A DNA stretch of 64,000 nucleotides from Bryobacterales bacterium (GTDB lineage: Bacteria > Acidobacteriota > Terriglobia > Bryobacterales > UBA6623). How positions within the stretch are numbered: the stretch's first letter is position 1; every line of letters starts with the position of its first letter. Made by a program: the position numbers and the translations under genes. Below the pieces are notes generated by a model. The model worked only from the letters and a program-made list of their open reading frames with translations. It did not search any database and was not told the DNA's origin. The stretch covers positions 1,927,622-1,991,621 of the forward strand of contig CAXXUI010000002.1 of NCBI GenBank assembly GCA_963662745.2. Reading direction: 5' to 3'. Of the stretch, positions 21,807 to 30,345 are shown piece by piece.

Positions 21807-24560
21807 CTACTTGACTGGTCTGACTCCACCCCTCCTGCCCAGTCCATATCCGACCCGATACACATCGGGGATGTCAACACGTCCGTCCTTCATACGTCTG
21901 AACAAGTTGAGTTCTTCAAGATCTCTTCGAACACCGGACTCGGCGAGATTGAGGTGACGAGGAGGCAGCTTTGTGTGGCCCATATTCACTTCGTCCTGGA
22001 GTCTGCTAATGACGTCGTTCTTCCTCCATTTCTGTTCGATCTCACCGAACTCACATGGAACTACGAGTCCAGCCAGAGGAACTAGGAGCCGATTCACCCA
22101 AGGATAATCTTCACAAATCTCCAGAATTCGTATCTTGGACGCTTTCTGCACTCCCCGCTTAATGCTCTCGAAATGTAGGGCGTTATGGTGGTCAGGATAG
22201 CGACGAGAGGTGTCGACAGCAGCGATTTTCAATGCGGCAAGGAACGACCGTGGGCTCACTTCTTGTTGTGCATCTCCAAGGTGATTGGGGATCCATGTGT
22301 AAGGGAACCCATGTTTGGGACTAGCGCCCATCCATGGCCCGGTGAGGACATGAAATTGGTTCCGTCGAAAATCAGGGTCAGTCGCTGGGGTCAGAGGAAT
22401 TTGAGACACTTCGTCCCCTACTCTTCGTGGTGTTGACCACCGTACCCTCTGAAGCAACGAACGAACCTGATCTCCGTAGGATCCATTAGCGAGTGTGTGC
22501 CAAAGCAATCCGTACAAGTCTCGCCGTGGCCAAGATAACTCAACAGCCGACGAGAGGACTTTATAAGAATCGGGAAAATCAGCAACTTCTTCTTCAATAA
22601 CTTGGTCTGACCGAAGGAATACCTTCACTCTCAGTCGTCGATAGGAGCGAATATCGCGAGTATGCATTAGCAACCCACGAATGAATGAAAGGACATCTAT
22701 CCATTTGTTTGAGCATAGATCCAAAGCATCGAACAGTACGAGATGAAACTTTCCCTCTCTGTCTAACTGGATATCTCTATCGTATAGCAGCTTGTCAATT
22801 CGCTTAGGATTTTGCACTACGAACTCTACTCGTTCAGACCAAGAACTGAACTTCCTGAGTGGACCATCGGCAGTCGCCAAGTGCTGTGCGTGAACCGTTC
22901 GCCAGATTTGCCTCGGTTTCACACCGCCTCTCGCCAATGCTTGGAGCTCATCCGGTGCGGGATAGCAGTCAGGATCCGCGGTCTCACCGAATCCAGTACA
23001 TACTTCTGAATTCGCATCAAGCTGAAATCTTCTATCTAGCTGAATGATCAATGATCGGATTCCAGAATCTTGTAGGGCAGTCCACCAAAAAGTCTTTCCC
23101 GATCCGCGCATTCCCGTGACCAGTGTTGTGTTTGGGTGCAGTGCACGGCGATGGGATGGTGGTAGGTATACTCTGCTTGGCGTGAGTGTTTCCCCATGGC
23201 TAGTTTCTTCCGGAAGAGCGATCAATGCCTTTCGGAAAATCTTCGTCTGGTCAGCCTTGTTGGTGTCCTCTGATTCTGTGCTGCTCCGGATACGACGATC
23301 GAACCACTTCAGGAAGTGTGCATAAGCCTGAATAACAGGTCCGTGAGCAGTTTGGCCGAGAGTGCGCAAGAACTCATCTGTCGTGAGACCACGATTCCAG
23401 AAGATCACCGACGGATCGTGTGGTGCTTCTTCAGAATCCAGATTGTAAGACATAATACTTGATTCATCGTCAGTTGCCAGTATAGAATCGTAGAGTTCAT
23501 CGCGAAATAAATTCCATGAGTGCTCCCTAAATCTTTCCAGATAGCCCGGATTATCGGGACCAGGTGTAAGTGCAGAGACAATCGAGAGTCTATCCCTAAT
23601 ATGTCGTGCTAAGCCGTGATCTCTCCAATGGCTGAACAAGAGTTTATAGTCAATCCAAGTGCTCTGGGAATCAACTGCAAACAGCAACACATCTGCGTCT
23701 AAATCTGTCACAGCTGTAGCAGCGACATCATGGAGCCCGCTCCGACTCTCAATGATGACGAAATCTGGTTTCAACTTCTCCTCCAAGCTGTCCAGAAGGC
23801 GGCTCACTCGACTTCTCCAAGGATCTACTTGGGTATCCATATAAACACGCCCAAGCTTAGCCAGATACTTGCCTGTATTACGGCCATGTGCCGGAACCAC
23901 CTTCACATCTCCTTGCATCTCATGGGCCCACCTCGGCGAAGCAATCATATCCTCAATGACGTGGTGACCCTGTGCGACCAGCTCTTCAACAAACCAGTCG
24001 ACTATTCCCAATTCAGGATGCGACCTCTTGTCGAGAATTGCCGATCCAATGCCTGGCGACTCGAGGTCCAAATCAACGATCACAACATCATGTCCTCGCT
24101 GCGCAAGATACCATGCTAGGACGGCAGCCGTAGTACTTCGACCAACGCCTCCCTTGATAGAATAGAGGACATATCTCGCAGGTCCAGTGCTCTTTCGTTC
24201 GCTGTGAACCGTCGACCACTCTTCGCCAACAAGAAGGCAGTCAATCCAGTAGCAGTTAGAATTGATCTTGACTCTCGTATCTCGAAATTCTTCAAGCAAC
24301 TCGTCTTCGACCCACAGTACTGGCCCGTCATTCAAGCCACTGTGACGTCCTAGAGCCTCTTGTAGTGTGTTCGCCAAGTGCTCCACCGTCATGCATACTG
24401 ACTTGTCAGCTCGGAACCGCTCCGAAATCGAGATGCTGATTCGTCCAAAGAGATCGCAAACGAAGTGGATGTCGGGTGAATCTTCTCGCCAATCAGTATG
24501 ATGGATAGCATCCAACACACGATTGCGTGCATCGTCGAACAAGATCCGCTTGTTTGTCAT
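21807..24560 (-). CDS. 917-aa double P-loop NTPase: unknown N-domain + KGGVGR-variant ParA/MinD-like ATPase + second P-loop NTPase + C-terminal domain
   Basis: The ATG at 24558-24560 is preceded by GGAAGGAAG. Walker A no. 1 is SIKGGVGRST (nt 24132-24155), with DLDLESPG and DFVIIESRSG. Walker A no. 2 is GMRGSGKT (nt 23091-23114), with Walker-B-like HLVLFDALD (aa 606-614). Codon usage is AT-rich. Confidence 0.85.
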   Translation of the reverse strand: MTNKRILFDDARNRVLDAIHHTDWREDSPDIHFVCDLFGRISISISERFRADKSVCMTVEHLANTLQEALGRHSGLNDGPVLWVEDELLEEFRDTRVKINSNCYWIDCLLVGEEWSTVHSERKSTGPARYVLYSIKGGVGRSTTAAVLAWYLAQRGHDVVIVDLDLESPGIGSAILDKRSHPELGIVDWFVEELVAQGHHVIEDMIASPRWAHEMQGDVKVVPAHGRNTGKYLAKLGRVYMDTQVDPWRSRVSRLLDSLEEKLKPDFVIIESRSGLHDVAATAVTDLDADVLLFAVDSQSTWIDYKLLFSHWRDHGLARHIRDRLSIVSALTPGPDNPGYLERFREHSWNLFRDELYDSILATDDESSIMSYNLDSEEAPHDPSVIFWNRGLTTDEFLRTLGQTAHGPVIQAYAHFLKWFDRRIRSSTESEDTNKADQTKIFRKALIALPEETSHGETLTPSRVYLPPSHRRALHPNTTLVTGMRGSGKTFWWTALQDSGIRSLIIQLDRRFQLDANSEVCTGFGETADPDCYPAPDELQALARGGVKPRQIWRTVHAQHLATADGPLRKFSSWSERVEFVVQNPKRIDKLLYDRDIQLDREGKFHLVLFDALDLCSNKWIDVLSFIRGLLMHTRDIRSYRRLRVKVFLRSDQVIEEEVADFPDSYKVLSSAVELSWPRRDLYGLLWHTLANGSYGDQVRSLLQRVRWSTPRRVGDEVSQIPLTPATDPDFRRNQFHVLTGPWMGASPKHGFPYTWIPNHLGDAQQEVSPRSFLAALKIAAVDTSRRYPDHHNALHFESIKRGVQKASKIRILEICEDYPWVNRLLVPLAGLVVPCEFGEIEQKWRKNDVISRLQDEVNMGHTKLPPRHLNLAESGVRRDLEELNLFRRMKDGRVDIPDVYRVGYGLGRRGGVRPVK

Positions 24561-25228
24561 AGTCTTCCTTCCAGTTTTGCTTTGCGAATCATTCTTCGGA
24601 TACCTTGAGCTGCACTACGATGTTTCTTGACGATCTCCTCGGTAGTGCATCTACTATGCACGTACCGATCGTTCGTTGACCAATCTATGAATGGACTTCC
24701 CTTAGGAAGTCGACGCAGAAACCAACTTCTTCTTCGTCCATGCGACAACTTCTTAAACTCCTTCCAGAGTATATTTACATGCTCGCGAATGGGAGACTTA
24801 TTCAATCTTACTAATGCCAGTTTCAGCCCGCATTCGGCACTGAATCCATAGAGTTGGTCTGCATTACTCAAACGCTTGCAACTAAGCAACAACTCTGCAT
24901 CGTTCCAATGGCGCAGATGCGCGTCTTCGAAGTCATCAACTCTAGTCACGAAGTGCACTTCTCCTCTGTCGTGAATTGTGAGATTCTGCTCCTTCGCTGG
25001 ATAGTTCGAGCCCAAGTCAATGTTGTCACTAGGAGCACTGGACAACCTCACTAAACCGCTGTTGATACCAGGGATATTGGGCTGAACACACATAGGGATG
25101 TCCGATATGCACCGAAAGGCTTGGACGTACTCCTCCCCTGTCTTGCTGGAGGTTGATTCGGGGATCTTGCCAAGGTGCAGTTGCCCACCGCAGCCGAGGC
25201 CCTCTTTGATTGCCGTTCCGCGGCGCAA
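24557..25228 (-). CDS. hypothetical protein with a HEPN-like C-terminal helical domain (tentative)
   Basis: The stop overlaps the downstream start in ATGA (24557-24560). The C-terminal AELLLSCKRLSNADQLYGFSAECGLKLAL...DRYVHSRCTTEEIVKKHRSAAQGIRRMI resembles the PF05168-type HEPN pattern from memory. The listed start is a TTG at 25228. An ATG at 25091-25093 (MCVQPN..., 178 aa) is an alternative. Confidence 0.7.
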   Translation of the reverse strand: MRRGTAIKEGLGCGGQLHLGKIPESTSSKTGEEYVQAFRCISDIPMCVQPNIPGINSGLVRLSSAPSDNIDLGSNYPAKEQNLTIHDRGEVHFVTRVDDFEDAHLRHWNDAELLLSCKRLSNADQLYGFSAECGLKLALVRLNKSPIREHVNILWKEFKKLSHGRRRSWFLRRLPKGSPFIDWSTNDRYVHSRCTTEEIVKKHRSAAQGIRRMIRKAKLEGRL

Positions 25229-26347
25229 GAGGCAGATTGCAATGTATGTCTCGCAGTGGCAAGGTGCCGTGCGCTAGATCGACCAAGGCAAGATTTGCTG
25301 CTCCTCTCTCGCTTGAGGCGTGTCCTAGCGGCGGCAGCAGGCGGCCCTGTAGCAGTCGTGCCGAGCCGCTGTAGGTGCCGGGTGCAGCCGGTGCGACTTC
25401 GCTTGCTGACCTGAATAGTGCCCTATCACACCCTCGGCAGCACTCGCCGGGTTCTTGCGTTGCCCTCGTGCTTCTCACTGTGTTCAGCATATCGGAGTGG
25501 TTTCGGGGGACCCGATCAGGTCCTCATAGGATAGCGGTTCCAACTTAGCTGTATCGCTCATGCCTCGGGGCGGGAGGGCAGGGCAACTGAACGCCGGTCG
25601 CGGAGTGCCGGAGAGCCGCGAACGCCTCCCCGTACCGCATCCCAGGCCGGCGCTTGGACAAGGCTAGGTCCGCACTCAGAGACGGCGCGACCTGAGCCTA
25701 GCGGGTCCGGGTGGTCGGACATATCAGCGAACGACGTGTCGAGTGGACACGGTGTAGGCCGGAAACGCGCCCGCTGTCGTAGAGTCCTGAGACTCATGTC
25801 TGTGGGTCGTCGTAGCGTCTTGAACCCCGGAGGAGGCATATCCGCGTCTAGCGTGCCAGGCGGCCCGACGTATCTCTACGCTGAGGCGGTGAGCACTGTT
25901 CTGACCCGGCTGCGGGCGTACGTGACCGCTGGGCTGCGTGAGGCAGTGCCAGCACCAGCGATAGGGTCGACCTTGCAACCGAATCCGATCAGTTGTGCTC
26001 GCCTGCGATGCCGTCATATACACCTCGTGGCGTGGTCCCATGGAGCGGTGGCAGGTGGTGCAGGGATCGTCTCGTTGGAGCCTCGCCATAACTCTGTACG
26101 GCCCACCAGCTGGGCAGGGCCGCGCTCATGGTCGGGAACACATTCATCCGTGTGCCAAGAAACAGACAGCGAGGCATACGGGGCTCGCTACGCGCTACAC
26201 CGCAGGTAAGCGTCTGAGTTGCTCGGCCACGACAGATCCCTCACTGGCAGATCCACTACTCGCTTGGTACGCGTGCTGCGCCGCTAGTTCTCCCGTCAGC
26301 GACGCCGTCTGCCGTTCTCCGTCCGACCATCGGCAGCCGCCATCCAG

Positions 26348-28072
26348 TTGTGGGCATCACGAACCGCAAGCGAGCCAAGGACCGTTGAACGCAGCGTGTC
26401 TCGACCCGGACGGCGCAAGTACAATGCTGGTTTGGTAAGGCCTCTATCAGCGGCCCTCGTGCTGGCGTGGTGCGCGAGCGCTTGGGGGCAGGGCCCAGAG
26501 TTCCAGCTCCGTCTCGACTATGCCACGCAGCGAGCGGTCGACCGCGTTCTCGCCAAGGTGGATGCGGGGAGTGATGTCTGGACGGGTGAGCAGGACTTTG
26601 AGGAGATCGACGCTCGCCTGAAGAGCATCTCCGGAAGTCTGAAGCAGGATCCCGGCCATGTCGACGGGCTCCGCGAGATCACAGCGGACTTTGCCGGGCT
26701 CACGCTCGCGGAGTTCAAGATCGTCAACACGCGGCGCACCTTGGGCTCGCAGAATCGCGTCGATGTCGATGTTGAGTGGGAACTTGGGGGCAGGTCCGAA
26801 GACGGCCGGCTGCTCTCGCTCGCTGGTTCGGGTCTCATGACTTGGGATCGCTCCGCCGGCGGGTGGGAGCTGGTCGGGTTCAGTCCGTCCCGGGCGCGAC
26901 GTCTGCGAGGCGGCGAGCGGCACGGATTCGCGGAGGTCACCGACGCCGTCTTCGGGGGCGTGGACTCGTTCCGGACCCAGTTGGCCTTCGGCATCGATCA
27001 CTGGCGGGACTCGATGGACGCCGCGTTGGGCGTGAATGTCTATGGACACCAAGGGCTGGCGCTGGGCGACTATGACGGAGATGGACTCGACGACCTCTAC
27101 GTCAGCCAGCCCGGCGGCTTGCCGAACCGGCTCTATCGCAACAACGGAGACGGAACATTCTCGGATGCCACCCGCAGCGCTGGGCTCGGGATTCTCGACG
27201 ACACGTCGATGGCGCTGTTCGCGGATGTGGACAACGACTCGCGCCAGGACCTGATCCTGATTGGCTCGACACCGATGCTGTTCCGGCATGCCGGCGACGC
27301 CGGTTACGCCTACGATCCAGACTCGGGTCTGGATGTGGGTGACGACAGGGCAGCGATGTTTACCGGTGCCGCCATGGCTGACTACGACCGGGACGGCGAC
27401 TTGGACCTGTACGTGTGCGCCTACGATTTCTGGCAGTCCGGTTCCGACTACGACGCCCCGACTCCGTACTTTGACGCCACCAACGGCCCCGCCAACCTGC
27501 TGTTCCGCAACGACGGTGCCGGGCGCTTCGAGGAAGTGTCGGCGGGAGCCGGCCTGCAGCCGACCAACGACCGCTTCAGCTTCGCCGCCGCATGGGGCGA
27601 CTTCGACGACGACTCGGATCCTGACCTCTATGTCGCCAACGACTTCGGACGGAACAACCTCTATGTCAACAACGGCGACGGCACATTCTCCGACCGTGCT
27701 GCTGAGCTGGGCGTCGAAGACTTGGGCGCAGGCATGTCGGCGGCATGGGGCGACTACGACTCGGACGGAGATCTGGACCTGTACACGGCGAACATGTGGT
27801 CTTCGGCCGGGCTGCGGCTGACCGGCTCCGACCAATTCGCCGCCGTTGCTCCCGACGAGGGGCGGCGCGGCAGCTTCCGCCGTCAGGCCCAAGGGAACTC
27901 GTTGTTCCGCAACGACGGCGAGGCGGGTTTTGTTGATGTCAGCGTCGAGGCCGGAGTGCGCAAGGGGCGGTGGGCTTGGGCCTCTGACTTCGCCGACCTG
28001 GACGGGGACGGGCTGCTTGATCTCTTCGTGCAGAATGGCTACATCACTGGCGAGAGGCTCGACGACCTTTGA
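26348..28072 (+). CDS. FG-GAP/VCBS-repeat protein, N-terminal part of a CRTAC1/ASPIC-like protein (ends at an in-frame TGA)
   Basis: Repeated GDYDGDGLDDLYV / NRLYRNNGDGTFSD / GDFDDDSDPDLYVAND / NNLYVNNGDGTFSD motifs are present. The listed start is a TTG and uncertain. The same frame continues into 28094-30103 after one TGA. Confidence 0.85.
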   Translation: MWASRTASEPRTVERSVSRPGRRKYNAGLVRPLSAALVLAWCASAWGQGPEFQLRLDYATQRAVDRVLAKVDAGSDVWTGEQDFEEIDARLKSISGSLKQDPGHVDGLREITADFAGLTLAEFKIVNTRRTLGSQNRVDVDVEWELGGRSEDGRLLSLAGSGLMTWDRSAGGWELVGFSPSRARRLRGGERHGFAEVTDAVFGGVDSFRTQLAFGIDHWRDSMDAALGVNVYGHQGLALGDYDGDGLDDLYVSQPGGLPNRLYRNNGDGTFSDATRSAGLGILDDTSMALFADVDNDSRQDLILIGSTPMLFRHAGDAGYAYDPDSGLDVGDDRAAMFTGAAMADYDRDGDLDLYVCAYDFWQSGSDYDAPTPYFDATNGPANLLFRNDGAGRFEEVSAGAGLQPTNDRFSFAAAWGDFDDDSDPDLYVANDFGRNNLYVNNGDGTFSDRAAELGVEDLGAGMSAAWGDYDSDGDLDLYTANMWSSAGLRLTGSDQFAAVAPDEGRRGSFRRQAQGNSLFRNDGEAGFVDVSVEAGVRKGRWAWASDFADLDGDGLLDLFVQNGYITGERLDDL

Positions 28073-28093
28073 AGCTTCTTCTGGCGGCAGGTC

Positions 28094-30103
28094 GTGTCGC
28101 GCTCCCCCCTCCAGCCCGAAGGCTCCAAGACCTACGCTGACGCTTGGCGGGCCATCAACATCCTGATCCGCTCCGACGGCAGTTGGAGTGGCAGGGAGCG
28201 CAACCTCTGCTATCGCAATCGGGGTGACGGTACGTTTGAAGACGTGTCGTTCGTCACCGGCTTGGATCTCGCTGCCGACGGCCGGGCGTTTCTGCCGCTG
28301 GATTTCGACTCGGACGGCGATCTGGACCTCATCGTGAAGAATCGCAATGGCCGCCAGTTGCGGGCGTTGCGGAACGACCTCGACGCCCCGGCGGGGCGGC
28401 GCTTGGCGATTCGACTCAGTGGACGAGAGAGCAATCGGGATGGTGTCGGCGGCCGGATCTGGGTTGAGACGGACCGCCGGACACTCATGCGAGAGATCGT
28501 TTCCGGGAGCGGGTATCTTTCGCAGAGGTCTCGGCAGGCGTGGTTCGGGCTGGCTGGGGAGGAGCGCGTGCAGTCAGTGAGGGTTCGCTGGCCGCTGGGT
28601 GGGCTTCAGGAGATCGCTAATCCGCCCCAAGCGGGAGAGCTGACGCTGGTGGAGGGTGAGACCGCCTTTCGGCCCTCGCCGCAGTCTGCCGCTCCTTCCT
28701 CGCCCTCCGAGCCGGCCGGCGTCCTCTCTCGCGGAGTGACGGGCACGCCGCTGGCCCGACCGGTTCCGGCGCCTGACTTCGACCTGCCGCTGGTCGACGG
28801 AGTGGGACAGTCGCTGAAGCTGTCGTCTCTGCGCGGACGCTCGGTGCTGCTCAATTTCTGGGCGACCTGGTGCCCTCCCTGCCAGCGCGAGCTGGCGGAA
28901 CTCCAGCAGGGCTTGGCTGCTCTTAGCCGCCGAGGTGTGGATCTGGTCGCCGTTTCGGTGGACGAGCCCGGCCAGCTCCCCCAAGTGCGGGCGATGGCCG
29001 ACGAGTTGGGCCTGGAGTTCCCCGTAGTGCTCGCCGACACGCCCACGGCTGAGGCGTACAGCATCCTGAACGAACGCCTGTTCGACCGGCGCCGCGCCCT
29101 AGCGATCCCCACCAGCCTTCTGCTGGATGGCCAAGGCAGAATAGTGCGCGTGTTCCGTGGCGAAGTGAGTTCCTCAGAGGTGCTGCGCGCGGCCGCATCC
29201 GGCCCGGTCTCGCCCCTGCCGTTCGACGGCCAGTGGATCCAGTCGGCGCCGCGCCGTGACTTTGAGGAGCTGGGATCGGCACTGGCGGAGCGGGGGCTGT
29301 CCTCCGCTGCGCTGACCATGTTCGGGGAAGCGCTTGCTAGAGGGGGGCGGTCAGCTCGCTTGCTCAACAACATGGCCGGCGTGCTCGTAGCCAGCGGCGA
29401 CCCGGATAGGGCCGAAGGCCTCTTGCGGGAAGCCTTGGCGCTGGAACCTGCCATGGCCGACGCCAAGGTGAACCTCGCTTCCCTGCTGGCAGGCAGGGGG
29501 GACGGGGCAGAGGCCGAGCAGCTGCTGGAGCAGGCGCTGGCTTCGCAGCCGCGGGACGCACAGGCGCTCTCCGTTCTGGGAACACTTCATTTCTCGGCCG
29601 GGCGGCTTGAAGCTGCGGAGGGCCTCTTCCGGCGAGCCGTGGAGGCACGGCCTGATGACGCGCGGCTTCGGGAGAACCTCGGCGCCGCTTTGGCCTCGAT
29701 GGGTGCCTTCGCCGAAGCTGCGACCCACTACGAGAGCGCCCGGGACCTCGGAGCGGAGGGTGCCGCACTGTATACCAACCTAGGCGTCATTTACATGCAG
29801 ACTGGTCGAGTCAATGAGGCGCTGCCCGCCTTCCTCCAAGCGGCAGCAGAGGCCCCTGGAGAGGCCGGCCCCCAGATCAACCTCGCTCGCTTCCACATGC
29901 AGGCGGGAGACCTTGAACGGGCTGCGGCTGCGGTCCGTCGTGCCAAGAGTCTGGAGCCCCAGGACCTCGGAGTCCGGATGGCGGAGGCCCAGGTGCTGGT
30001 ACTGCAGGGTGCCGACACGGCTGCTCGAGAAGCGCTGGACCGGATCCTGCGAGAGCGTCCGGACCTGGCCGCAGCGCGGACTCTCCTTGAGAGCCTCGAC
30101 TAA
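28094..30103 (+). CDS. ASPIC/UnbV-like + TlpA/ResA-type thioredoxin + TPR-repeat protein (same frame as 26348-28072)
   Basis: It has YRNRGDGTFEDVS and NRDGVGGRIWVE...SGSGYLSQ (UnbV/ASPIC-like), FWATWCPPCQRELAEL (thioredoxin CxxC) and C-terminal TPR-like repeats. The listed GTG start lies 7 codons after the TGA. Confidence 0.85.
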   Translation: MSRSPLQPEGSKTYADAWRAINILIRSDGSWSGRERNLCYRNRGDGTFEDVSFVTGLDLAADGRAFLPLDFDSDGDLDLIVKNRNGRQLRALRNDLDAPAGRRLAIRLSGRESNRDGVGGRIWVETDRRTLMREIVSGSGYLSQRSRQAWFGLAGEERVQSVRVRWPLGGLQEIANPPQAGELTLVEGETAFRPSPQSAAPSSPSEPAGVLSRGVTGTPLARPVPAPDFDLPLVDGVGQSLKLSSLRGRSVLLNFWATWCPPCQRELAELQQGLAALSRRGVDLVAVSVDEPGQLPQVRAMADELGLEFPVVLADTPTAEAYSILNERLFDRRRALAIPTSLLLDGQGRIVRVFRGEVSSSEVLRAAASGPVSPLPFDGQWIQSAPRRDFEELGSALAERGLSSAALTMFGEALARGGRSARLLNNMAGVLVASGDPDRAEGLLREALALEPAMADAKVNLASLLAGRGDGAEAEQLLEQALASQPRDAQALSVLGTLHFSAGRLEAAEGLFRRAVEARPDDARLRENLGAALASMGAFAEAATHYESARDLGAEGAALYTNLGVIYMQTGRVNEALPAFLQAAAEAPGEAGPQINLARFHMQAGDLERAAAAVRRAKSLEPQDLGVRMAEAQVLVLQGADTAAREALDRILRERPDLAAARTLLESLD

Positions 30104-30345
30104 GGGGTGCGTATCGGCACTCCGCCACTGAGGGCCTCCGGACCGATGCAGCCGGTCGACTGGCCGTGCGTGGGGCGCCGTCGTTCTGCCGTCCAGTGCT
30201 CCTCGTCTGAGGAGGCGCCCCTATCGGCTAACATCGTTGTTGCAGCCCGGTGCCCGTGACGCCAAGCGGCCTTCGGCTTCGGGAAAGTGCGGGCCTGCTG
30301 GCTCGGAAGCGAGTCCAGTCTCAAGCAGGAAGGAAGGATGATTCT

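Larger units (their letters stand above)
21689..25200. other. compositionally deviant (AT-richer) two-gene island, probable horizontal acquisition
   Basis: Spot counts of 60-nt lines inside (22621: 50%, 22681: 38%, 23401: 42%, 25021: 48% G+C) contrast with flanking genes (15361: 73%, 26461: 70%). The boundaries are gradual and approximate. Confidence 0.7.

Noticed and set aside
21211-21957. 248-aa plus-strand ORF bridging the left flank and the 3' end of the 917-aa gene
   Set aside because: Its product is Ser/Arg/Pro-rich and unprotein-like. It crosses the GC transition and overlaps the end of the well-supported minus-strand gene.
25029-25490. 153-aa minus-strand ORF overlapping the 5' end of the HEPN-like gene and the right flank
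   Set aside because: It is in a different frame from the supported gene, its product is unprotein-like (Arg/Pro/Gly-rich), and it spans the composition boundary.
28070-28072. Selenocysteine decoding of the in-frame TGA
   Set aside because: This is not excluded, but I did not adopt it as the main reading. The only nearby stem (28062-28068 / 28089-28095) encloses the codon instead of starting about 11 nt downstream as in the bacterial SECIS elements I know. No sel genes are visible in the window.
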